From Bacteroidota bacterium (GTDB taxonomy: Bacteria > Bacteroidota > Bacteroidia > Bacteroidales > VadinHA17), in assembly GCA_043800695.1 (NCBI GenBank), contig JAZDMU010000048.1, positions 4,003-68,002 on the forward strand: a DNA stretch of 64,000 bases, given 5' to 3'. This document shows, piece after piece, positions 55,395-64,000 of this stretch. Below the pieces are notes generated by a model, which was given only the letters and a program-made list of their open reading frames with translations, searched no databases and was not told the DNA's origin. The translations under genes and the position numbers were made by a program. Each line of letters opens with the position of its first letter. Within the stretch, counting starts at the first letter, position 1.

Positions 55395-55482
55395 ATGCCC
55401 TTATATTAGACAAATATAAATAATATTCTTAGCAGAATATTCCTTAAATAACTAATTTTCAGAAAGTAATATATAAGGGCAT
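55395..55482. promoter_or_regulatory. 12-bp perfect inverted repeat pair, ATGCCCTTATAT ... ATATAAGGGCAT, in the divergent regulator/permease intergenic region
   Basis: Arms at 55395..55406 and 55471..55482, 64 bp apart, read directly. Possible activator binding sites. Confidence 0.35.
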
Positions 55483-55537
55483 GATAATTGAAAATTACAG
55501 CTGAAATTCATAAATTGTAATTAATATGAGTTAAATT

Positions 55538-57901
55538 ATGATCAGGAACTACTTTAAAATAGCCCTTCGGAATATCCAAAGGTATCCTGTTTATTCCATT
55601 TTGAATATCACTGGTCTGGCTATTGGCATGACCTGTTCAATCCTGCTTCTTATATGGGTGCAGTATCAGTTCAGTTATGACAGGTTCCATAAAAACGCCG
55701 ATTACCTGTTTCGTGTGCTTGTAAGAAATAATGCAGATGGCGAGTCAAAGGGAATGGCTCTTACAATGTATCCGCTGTCTGATGTACTGAAAGAAGAGTT
55801 TCCGGAAATAATACGTTCCTCCAGGTACCAGAATTTCTGGGAAACATTCCCGAAAGGGGATGATATTGTCGAAGGATCACTTGCCACAGTTGACAAGGAT
55901 TTCCTGGATATGTTCAATTTCGGATTTATTCAGGGTGATAAGAAAAGTGCACTGACCGGACCATACGATATTATCATTACAGAAGATATGGCAGAAAGAT
56001 ATTTCGGAGACGAGGATCCTCTGGGGAAAAGTATGACTGTCTGGCCAGATAATCTGTTTACTGTAGCCGGAGTTATAAAGAACGTACCTCGCAACAGTCA
56101 CTTTTATATTGACTGTATAGTTTCGAGTGAGTTTTTACATATGAAAAATGGGATGAATCTGAAGGACTGGAAAAATGCAAGTAATTACACCTTTATTGAA
56201 CTTGCAAGGGGAGCTGACAGCAAATCAGTTGAAGGAAAAATTAAAAATACCATCCAAAGAAACATGGAGGAATCTGAATCAGAATTATTTCTTCAGAATT
56301 TAAAGAAGATCCATTTATATTCCAGGGGACAGTATGCCATGGATATTGAGCGCGGCAATATCACCCAGGTCAGGATCGCGATCCTGGTGGCATCATTGAT
56401 CCTCACAATTGCATGCGTCAACTTCATGAATATGTTTACGGCTCTTTCATCCGGGAGGTATAAAGAAATAGGTCTGCGAAAAATAGCAGGGGCAGACAAG
56501 TACAGAATTATGCTTCAGTTCCTTGGGGAATCCCTGATTGTGGTAACAGTGTCCATGGCTGTTGCAATGATACTTGTTGAGTTACTGTTGCCTGGTTTCA
56601 ATAATCTTATGTTGATGGAAACAAAGATTAATTATAAGAGTCCGGGAATATATGCAGGTCTGATAACTATTGTATTGGCATGCGGTTTGCTTGCAGGCAC
56701 TTACCCTGCTTTATATCTTTCATCTTTAGAACCGATGAAGATCATGAAAGGCATGATCTTCCGGAATACTGGCTATTCCAGATTCAGAAAAATACTAGTC
56801 ATTACACAGTTCACACTCGCCTTTATGTTCATTATTTGCACTTTAATCATCAGATCTCAACTTAATTATGTTCAGAATAAAAACTTTGGTGTCAATATAA
56901 AGAACATAGGTCATTTTGAATTCACGGAAGGGATAACACGGGAGACTTTAAGAAATGAGATCAGCAGGAATCCTGACATTGAGAGCATTACAATTACAGA
57001 CCACCAGTGGGTCGTGAATAACTGGTCGGCCACAGGAGGTATATCATGGGAGGGAAAGAAGGAAAGTGAAGAGGTAACATTCAGCCTCCTTCTTACAGAC
57101 AGCGGATATGCCAACACTTTTGGTCTTGAACTGACAGAAGGAAAATTCTTAAACACTGATGAAAGCTCAACAGGCAGTTCAGAAGCAGTGATCAACGAGA
57201 GAGCGGCAAAAATAATGGGGCTTGACGATCCGGTCGGAAAAATTCTTTCAACCACATCGGGTGATAAATTTACAATAATAGGAGTGGTAAAAGATTTCCA
57301 CTTTAAATCATTTCATTTTGCAATTGACCCGCTGATAATTGTGCCGATACACGAGTCTGCAAAAGGGGGAAGATGTTATATCAGAATGAAGCCTGACAAT
57401 ATTCCTTCAACTGTAAAATTTATAAGGAATATTTTCAAAACTCATAATCTTGATTATGCTCTGGCTCTGGGATTTGTTGAAGATAATCTGAATGACCATT
57501 ACAGGATTGAACAGATAGCAGGGACAGTGTTCAGTTTGTTGGCCGTTCTGGCTATTGTCATTTCATGCCTGGGTCTCATAGGTTTATCAGCGTTTATGAC
57601 GATCAGGAGAACAAAAGAGATCGGAATAAGAAAAGTGAACGGGTCAGAGTCAGCAGAAATATTCACCATGCTGTTAAAAGAGCACACTAAGCTTATTCTT
57701 ATTTCATTTACTATTGCCTGTCCCATCTCATTCCTTATAATGAATATTTGGCTGCAGGGTTTTGCTTTCCGGATAAACATGAACTGGTGGTTATTTGCAC
57801 TGGCCTGGATTATTGTTATGGTGATCACCATTCTGGCAGTAGGTTTTCAATCTTATAAAGCAGCTATGAAAAATCCGGTTGAAGCTTTGAGATATGAATA
57901 A
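55538..57901 (+). CDS. FtsX/MacB-family ABC transporter permease, duplicated (8-TM) type
   Basis: 787 aa. Two FtsX modules, each preceded by a large extracytoplasmic domain. Ends ..AAMKNPVEALRYE, like the permease at 21703. Confidence 0.85.
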   Translation: MIRNYFKIALRNIQRYPVYSILNITGLAIGMTCSILLLIWVQYQFSYDRFHKNADYLFRVLVRNNADGESKGMALTMYPLSDVLKEEFPEIIRSSRYQNFWETFPKGDDIVEGSLATVDKDFLDMFNFGFIQGDKKSALTGPYDIIITEDMAERYFGDEDPLGKSMTVWPDNLFTVAGVIKNVPRNSHFYIDCIVSSEFLHMKNGMNLKDWKNASNYTFIELARGADSKSVEGKIKNTIQRNMEESESELFLQNLKKIHLYSRGQYAMDIERGNITQVRIAILVASLILTIACVNFMNMFTALSSGRYKEIGLRKIAGADKYRIMLQFLGESLIVVTVSMAVAMILVELLLPGFNNLMLMETKINYKSPGIYAGLITIVLACGLLAGTYPALYLSSLEPMKIMKGMIFRNTGYSRFRKILVITQFTLAFMFIICTLIIRSQLNYVQNKNFGVNIKNIGHFEFTEGITRETLRNEISRNPDIESITITDHQWVVNNWSATGGISWEGKKESEEVTFSLLLTDSGYANTFGLELTEGKFLNTDESSTGSSEAVINERAAKIMGLDDPVGKILSTTSGDKFTIIGVVKDFHFKSFHFAIDPLIIVPIHESAKGGRCYIRMKPDNIPSTVKFIRNIFKTHNLDYALALGFVEDNLNDHYRIEQIAGTVFSLLAVLAIVISCLGLIGLSAFMTIRRTKEIGIRKVNGSESAEIFTMLLKEHTKLILISFTIACPISFLIMNIWLQGFAFRINMNWWLFALAWIIVMVITILAVGFQSYKAAMKNPVEALRYE

Positions 57902-57934
57902 AAGCTAAGGTTTAAGGTTGTTACTGATCTGCAG

Positions 57935-60208
57935 TTATTTAACCGTTACCTGCTTTGTAATCTTTATATCTCCTGCTGATGCACCCACAAGTAATTCAAT
58001 ATCACAGGGATCATCATCCCATCCATGAATTTCTACGTTCCAGTAACGAAGCTCCGTTACAGGTATCTCAAGAGTGATACTTTTGCTTTCACCAGGCTCA
58101 AGATCTACCCGCGAAAATGCTTTCAACTCTTTATAAGGCCACTCCACGGAAGGATTGATACGATGCACGTATGCCTGTACAACCTCGTCAGCTGCCATTG
58201 CGCCGCTGTTCTTCAGTTCAAAGGATAATGAAATAACATCCTTCTTTCCGTATTTTTCTTTATCTGTAGATAATGATGAATATTCAAAAGTGGTATATGT
58301 AAGCCCGTGACCAAAGGGATACATCACCGGAATATTCTTTGTATCGAACCACCGGTATCCCACAAGTGACTCCTCGGAATAGTATGCTATGTTAGGATCT
58401 TCAGTAGGTTTTGAATCTTTCTCCATGGTTTTTAAAGTATCGGTCCCGGCTACAAGACCTGCAAAGATATCTTCCATTCGCGGACCCGGAGAATAGTTAT
58501 CAAGGAAATATGCCGGTGAATCCTCAAGCTTCACAGGCAACGTAAACGGCAAACGACCAGAGGGCGAGATATTCCCCACGAGCACATCAGCCAGGGCATT
58601 ACCGCCTTCAGTACCGTTAAACCATGAGATCAAAAGTGCCTTTGACAGAGGCTCAATAACATTCAGGTCGCTTGGTGCTCCGCTGACAAGAACAGTCACG
58701 ATCGCAGAATTTACTTCAGCGATTTTACTGATAAGATCATCCTGACCTGAAGGTAACTTTATATCTCTCCTGTCGCTGCCCTCTGTTTCAACAGCACGGT
58801 TATTACCTCCTATAAAAAGCACAATATCAGCCTTTTCTGCAATCTCCACAGCCTCCCTGGTGAGTTTTATAAGGGTTAATTGCTTTTCATGCTCTTCCTT
58901 CTCAATCTCCTCAGGGGTTCTCCTTCGGAACATCCTGGCAAAATCAAAAACTTCAGGAATATAGCCCTGTGCATAAATTATCTCAGCCTTATCCCCGATC
59001 CTGTTTTTTAATCCCTCAAGAGGAGTAATCTCATACAGCGTTTTCACACCTGCCCCCATGCCACCAAGACCCATTGTCTGTACAGCATTAGCTCCAATAA
59101 CTGCAATCACAGGTTTTTTCCCGGGGCCAAGAGGAAGTATACCCTCATTTTTAAGCAGAACTATCGATTTGGAGGCAACATCATAGGATATTTTCTGTTG
59201 CTCCGGTTTGGAGGTAACTTCCTTGTTCGCCTGGTCCGCCGGAACCGGTTTTATTGCCATCCTTACTCTTAAAATCTCACGAACACGCTGGTTGATCACT
59301 TCTTCCGGAATAATACCAGCCTTTACCGAATCAAGAAGTGCCTCTCCATGGAACCTGCTGCCGGGCATTTCAACATTGAGCCCGTTTATTACCGTTTGTA
59401 CAGTATGATGCGTACCGCCCCAGTCGGAGACAGTAATACCTGCAAACCCCCACTCATCTCTGAGTATCTTGTTAAGCAGCATATCATTCTCTGAGCACCA
59501 CCATCCGTTAACCTTATTATATGCAGGCATAACGCCGTAAGCATCGGCTTCTTCCACTGCTGCCCTAAAGGTAGGAAGGTATATTTCACGCATTGCACGC
59601 TCTCCGATAATCACGTTGACATTTCCGCGGTTGTTCTCCTGATTGTTCAACGCATAATGCTTTATACATGCAGCCACACCGTTATCCTGTACCCCCCTGG
59701 TATATTCCGCTGCAAGCCTTGAACTCAGAAAGGGATCTTCGCTCAGGTATTCATAAGTACGTCCGCCTGTCGGAATTCTCTGAATATTGATAGCAGGTCC
59801 GAGAAGCATATCTTTCCCGCGCAGCCTGGCTTCCCTTGCCATACCTGTGCCATAGGAATATGCCAGTTCCGGGCTCCAGGTTGCCGCCAGTGCCGAGCCT
59901 GTGGGGAAAAACGTTGCCCTGTCTGTCTCCCATCCTAGAGGGGTCCAGCTGTTGGGTTCCATCTCCTCACGTATACCGAAAGGCCCGTCCGTATATACCA
60001 AATCGGTAATGCCAAGTCTTTCAATGCCGGCTGATGTAAACATGTGTTTTCCATGGAGCATGTTTACCTTTTCTTCAATTGTCATCTGTGAAATAATACC
60101 GTCTATTTCGGAATCATATTTCAGTAATGCCGATTTATGCACTTTATCTTCGGTGCAGCTGACGAGTAATAATGTGCAGATCACTGCACTTATAAGTCTC
60201 TGGTTCAT
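57935..60208 (-). CDS. Glycoside hydrolase family 3 beta-glucosidase (BglX-like) with a C-terminal Fn3-like domain
   Basis: 757 aa with a signal or lipoprotein N-terminus (..LLVSC). KHYALNNQE, and GITVSDWGG carrying the GH3 nucleophile motif. Confidence 0.9.
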   Translation of the reverse strand: MNQRLISAVICTLLLVSCTEDKVHKSALLKYDSEIDGIISQMTIEEKVNMLHGKHMFTSAGIERLGITDLVYTDGPFGIREEMEPNSWTPLGWETDRATFFPTGSALAATWSPELAYSYGTGMAREARLRGKDMLLGPAINIQRIPTGGRTYEYLSEDPFLSSRLAAEYTRGVQDNGVAACIKHYALNNQENNRGNVNVIIGERAMREIYLPTFRAAVEEADAYGVMPAYNKVNGWWCSENDMLLNKILRDEWGFAGITVSDWGGTHHTVQTVINGLNVEMPGSRFHGEALLDSVKAGIIPEEVINQRVREILRVRMAIKPVPADQANKEVTSKPEQQKISYDVASKSIVLLKNEGILPLGPGKKPVIAVIGANAVQTMGLGGMGAGVKTLYEITPLEGLKNRIGDKAEIIYAQGYIPEVFDFARMFRRRTPEEIEKEEHEKQLTLIKLTREAVEIAEKADIVLFIGGNNRAVETEGSDRRDIKLPSGQDDLISKIAEVNSAIVTVLVSGAPSDLNVIEPLSKALLISWFNGTEGGNALADVLVGNISPSGRLPFTLPVKLEDSPAYFLDNYSPGPRMEDIFAGLVAGTDTLKTMEKDSKPTEDPNIAYYSEESLVGYRWFDTKNIPVMYPFGHGLTYTTFEYSSLSTDKEKYGKKDVISLSFELKNSGAMAADEVVQAYVHRINPSVEWPYKELKAFSRVDLEPGESKSITLEIPVTELRYWNVEIHGWDDDPCDIELLVGASAGDIKITKQVTVK

Positions 60209-60365
60209 CCTGATATAATTTAAATTAATATTTTATTTAAGGTATTTTATCGTCTTACAGAATTGTCAAATTTAATCAATTGAACAAAACGAAAAGCCTG
60301 ATTTTTAAGAAAGATATCACAGATGTAGAACAATGTTGTATCTTTGTATTTGAAAAGGCGCATTG

Positions 60366-60436
60366 CACAGGGTTCAGGGCGCAGGGCAAGAAAAAAATAA
60401 CTTTTGCTCTGTGCTCTGAGCACTGAGCTCTGAGCT
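60366..60436 (+). repeat. Heptamer inverted repeat (CAGGGnn x3 facing GCTCTGn x4) forming a roughly 22-bp stem directly upstream of tmRNA
   Basis: Pairing checked base by base: 16 Watson-Crick pairs, 4 G.U pairs and 2 mismatches between 60366..60387 and 60406..60427. The G.U pairs exist only in the plus-strand RNA. Confidence 0.8.
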
Positions 60437-60442
60437 ATCCCC

Positions 60443-60835
60443 GGGGCTGACATGGTTTTGACAGCACGAGGGGTGTTATGTAAGCATGCAGGATGTGGTG
60501 ACGCGTTCCTTGAACAGTGTTACAAAACAATAACTGGCGAATCTAATTACGCTCTCGCTGCTTAAGTGAATAAAGTAACTTAAGCTTCATCCCGGCACAT
60601 GTGCCGGGACGAGACGTCTCCCGGGCGGTCATGCCCTGATCCAACCCGATACGGAGGCGCACGCAATCCGGGGTTAGCCGGAGGGGCTCTCTTCCCTGAA
60701 GGCGAAGCAAGCAATGAGATAAGGAGATGTCTGGTCGTTCTGCACCTTACCTTTCCCGACAATCAAGCAGGACTAAGCATGTAGAAAGCATATGGCTTCC
60801 GTGACTGGACCGGGGTTCGACTCCCCGCAGCTCCA
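60443..60835 (+). ncRNA. ssrA: Transfer-messenger RNA
   Basis: 5' GGGGCTGA pairs with 3' CAGCTCCA, including the G.U alanine identity pair. T-arm GGGGTTCGACTCCCC. Tag reading frame GGC GAA TCT AAT TAC GCT CTC GCT GCT TAA encodes GESNYALAA (60536..60565). Confidence 0.93.
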
Positions 60836-60855
60836 CATAAAAAAGAGCGAGAGTG

Positions 60856-60881
60856 AGAGCGAGAGCGAATAGTCTCGCTCT
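60856..60881. terminator. Hairpin AGAGCGAGA-N8-TCTCGCTCT after tmRNA, within a GAGCGAGA-type short repeat
   Basis: 9-bp stem read directly. No T-tract. Lies between the convergent tmRNA and methyltransferase genes. Confidence 0.4.
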
Positions 60882-61754
60882 TCATGCCGGTAAAGGTTTG
60901 ACCCCGCTGAAGATGAGGTACTGTTTATTTTTTCTCAGATTGCGGACACTCAGTATCAGGTTAGTGAGATAGAAAAACCTGAAGATGGCGGTATGAACAA
61001 GATTTCTCTTTTTCATTTGCCTGAAGTACGATCTATAGTTCAGGAAGCCCTTAATTATACTCTGGGTAATATTGTCAGAAGCCAGTACTTCCAGACCGGC
61101 ATTCCTGATTCCCTCATTATATTGATCGAGGGTCCAGTGGTGCATTTTCATCCTTTTCTTCCAGGTATTTCTCTTATATCTGTTCGGGTCTGCTGTTGAG
61201 ACTATATCAGCAATAATGAAACTGCCTCCCGGTGAAAGAACCCTTTTTATCTCATGAAAGAAGGCCTGCTTGTCGGGATAATGGAACGCACTTTCAATAT
61301 TGATTACGACATCGAAATAGTTGTCTTTTATCTTCTTCATATTCTGAGCATCGTCAACCAGAAAGTGGACATTCGCAAGGCCCCTTCGGCTCTTTTCCCG
61401 GTTAGCTATGGAGATATTAGATCTGTTAAGGTCTATGCCTGTAATTAATCCTGGGTTATAATTCGTTGCAATGAATTTCGTCTGCACGCCATTTCCGCAA
61501 CCTATTTCAAGCACAGTTTTACCTTCGAGTGGTTCAATGAAGCTTATGCAATGGCGCGTCAGATTTTCCTGGGCTGCTAAAAAATCTTCCTTGTCATTTA
61601 CAAAGAGCGGATAATGAAGCATGGTGTATTCATCCTTCATTTTATACAACGCATGGTTCATAGATTTGTAGTACTGTCCCGTTGAGGAACCTGATCTGAC
61701 CAACCCGATCAGTTGGGAAATGATACCACTCTCCCGTTTTACTGCATCTTCCAT
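60882..61754 (-). CDS. Class I SAM-dependent methyltransferase
   Basis: 290 aa. SAM motif I VLEIGCGNG, and post-I/II acidic residues (GIDLN, VDDAQ). Confidence 0.8.
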   Translation of the reverse strand: MEDAVKRESGIISQLIGLVRSGSSTGQYYKSMNHALYKMKDEYTMLHYPLFVNDKEDFLAAQENLTRHCISFIEPLEGKTVLEIGCGNGVQTKFIATNYNPGLITGIDLNRSNISIANREKSRRGLANVHFLVDDAQNMKKIKDNYFDVVINIESAFHYPDKQAFFHEIKRVLSPGGSFIIADIVSTADPNRYKRNTWKKRMKMHHWTLDQYNEGIRNAGLEVLASDNITQSIIKGFLNYRSYFRQMKKRNLVHTAIFRFFYLTNLILSVRNLRKNKQYLIFSGVKPLPA

Positions 61755-61925
61755 TTATTCAGTTTTAAAATCGGCCAAAGTTAAGTATTATTTCGAACCT
61801 TTGTCTGCATCAAAAAAAACGAATTTAAACGAATTACTATGAATTACTACGATTCCCACCTCCTTACAGCCGCTGCCAGCTTAGGTGTCAGGTAGAGGTT
61901 TTATATATGCTTCTGCCAACCATAA

Positions 61926-61967
61926 AGGCGACAGGCAAAAGGCAACAGGGCTCAGGGCGGAGGGCGA
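61926..61967. repeat. Heptamer array of six AGG[C/G]NNN units
   Basis: AGGCGAC AGGCAAA AGGCAAC AGGGCTC AGGGCGG AGGGCGA, read directly. 41 nt beyond the tannase-family stop codon. Confidence 0.85.
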
Positions 61968-62007
61968 AGATAGTTTCCGGAAAATGGATGATTACATAAG
62001 TACAGTT

Positions 62008-63489
62008 CTAATGCTGATACGGTTTGACTATTTTACCAGGATTATTATTTTTCATAGTATTCAGATATTCAGGGGCTTTACCTTCTTCAACCCACCGAAT
62101 GAGGGCATCGAGATTTCCGACAGGGGAAGGTCCGGCACCATTTAGGCTGTGATCTGTACCTGGAACCAGAAACAACCTGACAAATTTTGAAGTTTCTTTG
62201 CGACCTCCCATCCTGTCTTGCACCTTCCCGAAGTAGTCAATCGTTCCCTGCGGAGGTACAAGCTGATCAGCCAGCCCGTGGATAATGATCAGTTTACCAC
62301 CATGACCTTTGAAGCCTGTAAGATCAGGATTTTCTGTTCCGATAACCTCCGTGAACTGATCAACGGACTGATTAAAAAGCAGTTCGAATTCAGCCCATGT
62401 AAGAGATTTTACATCGTAATGCGGATCGAGCAGCAGAAAGTAACGGATCCAGTCTAATGAGACATCGAATGGGACTCCGATGAGAGGCTTTCCTTTTGTT
62501 CCGGCAAGATCTGTCAGTCTTGCACCCCTGGTTGGTCCGTACCACATGAATTTTCCGTCATGTGTCCGGGGACCTTCCCAAATCCTGTTAACGACAGTTG
62601 CATCGGCACTGGTAAAAACCTCATCACCTATTGCTGTGCCTGTGAATTCTCCGGGATCCCATTTAGAGCTTATGGGGTCATCGATTACTCCGTCAATCAC
62701 GTTATCATTTCCGTCAGATGCTTCTATCACCGCCCTTGTCACTGCTTCGAGTTTGGCTTTTGAGACATAGTTTCCCTCATCGTTCATAACAACCTGAGGC
62801 CAGAGGTCAGCAACCAGGAGCCGGCTCCAGTTAATTGCCGGGTAATATGATATAATACCATCATAATCACCCGGGAAACGTTGTGCTTCCATCATCCCCT
62901 GTCTCCCGCCGGTGGAGCCGCCGACAAAATATGAAAACCCTGCTGGTTTCCCGTAAAAAGCCTTTATCACCTCTTTTCCGGTGACTGTCATATCATGAAT
63001 ACCCTGATAAGCAAAATCACGTATCTCCTGCCACCTCAAACGGTGATTTGCGGTATCGAGTGCAAAGCTGCCGCTTCCTCCGGAGTGTCCGGCATCTGTC
63101 ACGGCTGAAGCAAAACCCTGTGAAACGGGAAGGTTGAGAAACAATGGAATGCCAGCCATAAAGCCTCCGCCGCCCATCCCGTAAAACCTTCCGTTCCATT
63201 TCTTCAGGGGAAGTGCAATGTAAACAGTTACACGATCGTTTGAAGGCGGATGATTCACAACAGCCGTCACCCTGCAGGAATTATCATCAGCCCTGAAGAG
63301 AGCCGACTCAATAGTTGTATTAGGCAATGACAGCTTTTTAAGATCTTCACAACTGCAGACCGGCACAATACCGCTGTAAACCGGATTCAGGATTTTATCA
63401 TCACTTACTTTAAATAATGCTGTCCAATCCTGTGCAGTGAGGCAGGAGACAAGGAGTGAGGTTGTTAAAACCAGAAATAATCTTTTCAT
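62008..63489 (-). CDS. Tannase / feruloyl esterase-family alpha/beta hydrolase
   Basis: 493 aa with a signal peptide. FVGGSTGGRQGMMEAQRFPGDYDGIISYYPAINW is the characteristic nucleophile region of this family. HGLADQLVPP and PGTDHS carry the acid and histidine residues. Confidence 0.8.
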   Translation of the reverse strand: MKRLFLVLTTSLLVSCLTAQDWTALFKVSDDKILNPVYSGIVPVCSCEDLKKLSLPNTTIESALFRADDNSCRVTAVVNHPPSNDRVTVYIALPLKKWNGRFYGMGGGGFMAGIPLFLNLPVSQGFASAVTDAGHSGGSGSFALDTANHRLRWQEIRDFAYQGIHDMTVTGKEVIKAFYGKPAGFSYFVGGSTGGRQGMMEAQRFPGDYDGIISYYPAINWSRLLVADLWPQVVMNDEGNYVSKAKLEAVTRAVIEASDGNDNVIDGVIDDPISSKWDPGEFTGTAIGDEVFTSADATVVNRIWEGPRTHDGKFMWYGPTRGARLTDLAGTKGKPLIGVPFDVSLDWIRYFLLLDPHYDVKSLTWAEFELLFNQSVDQFTEVIGTENPDLTGFKGHGGKLIIIHGLADQLVPPQGTIDYFGKVQDRMGGRKETSKFVRLFLVPGTDHSLNGAGPSPVGNLDALIRWVEEGKAPEYLNTMKNNNPGKIVKPYQH

Positions 63490-63522
63490 TGCAATTGACC
63501 GTTTTAGTTAACAGTTCTTTCC

Positions 63523-63613
63523 GTCTTGGGTCTTGAGTCTTGGGTCTTGGGTCTTGAGTCTTGGGTCCTGGGTCTTGGGTCTTGGGTCTTGAATCTTGGG
63601 TCTTGGGTCTTGG
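63523..63613. repeat. 13-unit heptamer tandem array (GTCTTGG, with variants GTCTTGA, GTCCTGG, ATCTTGG)
   Basis: 13 x 7 = 91 nt read directly. On the minus strand it reads (CCAAGAC)n, ending 33 nt upstream of the tannase-family ATG and 6 nt after the upstream hydrolase stop. Confidence 0.95.
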
Positions 63614-63619
63614 CTCGTC

Positions 63620-64000
63620 TTAGAACCCTGATGCCTTCACCCAGTCATAAAATCTTTCTATCCAGCTGTCGACCGGCATTCCCCTTTGAGCCATACCAAA
63701 TCCATGACCACCTTTTGAATAGATATGAAGTTCCGCAGATTTTCCTGCAGCTCTCCATGCCTTATAGAGATCAGGACATCCGGCAGAGATCGGGTCGTCG
63801 GCTGCAGCCAGGATGAAAAGCGGAGGAGCATTTTCGGGTATTTTAGAATCGCCAAGCCATCCGCCATAGATAGGAGCTGCAAAATTTGGTTGTTTATCTG
63901 GTTGAGAGTTAATTATCACATGCATGGTCACCCCTGCCCCGGCTGAAAATCCCATGATGCCAACTTTTCTCGGGTCAATGCCAAACTCTGCCTGGTGTTC
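63620..64000 (-). CDS. Alpha/beta hydrolase (esterase); 5' end lies beyond the window
   Basis: The frame stays open to the window edge (..EHQAEFGIDPRKVGIMGFSAGAG..), giving the GxSxG nucleophile elbow. ..ILAAADDP.. and ..KGGHGF.. supply the acid and histidine. Confidence 0.8.
   Translation of the reverse strand, partial: EHQAEFGIDPRKVGIMGFSAGAGVTMHVIINSQPDKQPNFAAPIYGGWLGDSKIPENAPPLFILAAADDPISAGCPDLYKAWRAAGKSAELHIYSKGGHGFGMAQRGMPVDSWIERFYDWVKASGF

Noticed and set aside
55385-55399. TGGACATCTGATGCC; considered as a sigma-54 -24/-12 promoter for the FtsX permease.
   Set aside because: The GG-to-GC spacing is one nt shorter than the consensus, the -12 TTGC is absent, and it overlaps one arm of the 12-bp inverted repeat.
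60580-60784. Two 60-61-aa ORFs in the track (60580..60762 minus, 60599..60784 plus).
   Set aside because: They lie entirely inside the tmRNA gene, in its G/C-rich pseudoknot region. There is no independent coding evidence.
63526-63816. ORF MGLESWVLGLESWVLGLGSWVL.. Similar repeat-derived ORFs are at 46962..47153 ([12 protein letters not shown]..) and 45700..46179.
   Set aside because: The N-terminal portions are simply translations of the heptamer or periodic arrays. The rest is antisense to well-supported genes.

Overview
This window is a chromosomal, mostly housekeeping segment of a Bacteroidota-type genome. Supporting signs are a 287-aa sigma-A, a tmRNA with tag GESNYALAA, TTTG/TAnnTTTG-type promoters, a PorT-like barrel, a lipoprotein TamL-like BamA homologue, DUF4199, and a Rho with a long disordered insert.

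I can support about 56 protein genes, one SRP (4.5S) RNA and one tmRNA. I found no tRNA, rRNA, CRISPR array, transposase, integrase or recognisable defence genes.

Recognisable gene groups:
- Menaquinone methyltransferase plus porT-like.
- A cytoplasmic TIM-barrel isomerase plus Gfo/Idh/MocA pair.
- gapA.
- A BlaI/BlaR1-TonB pair.
- miaA, rpe, rpoD, rho, PFOR (nifJ), ruvX, def, comEC, trkAH, tsaC.
- A GDP-D-glycero-alpha-D-manno-heptose pathway (hddA-gmhA-hddC-gmhB) with glycosyltransferases.
- GH9 and GH3 enzymes flanking a sigma-54 two-component pair and an FtsX-type permease.
- A tannase-family esterase.

Two things stand out.

1. A tightly packed minus-strand operon lies at 9406..17940, possibly headed by a secreted MsrB-MsrA at 18033..18956. 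It combines a membrane-anchored NapC/NirT-type tetrahaem cytochrome fused to an FGE/SUMF1-like domain, two Tat-exported Gfo/Idh/MocA oxidoreductases, a ThuA-like lipoprotein, a polyprenyl-phosphate GT2, a GT-C/TPR (TMTC-like) glycosyltransferase and a tiny tail-anchored protein. I cannot map this combination onto a described pathway.

2. The intergenic DNA is unusually structured.
- There are several families of heptamer or octamer tandem arrays. For the six heptamer arrays lying just upstream of a start codon, the C/A-rich strand is always the sense strand of the gene immediately downstream.
- There are long periodic inverted repeats.
- There are G/C-rich nested hairpins that look like MITE or REP elements.
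- One hairpin element extends the ruvX reading frame into def, and another sits in the tmRNA 5' leader.

All functional calls rest on motif recognition by eye. No database search was run.
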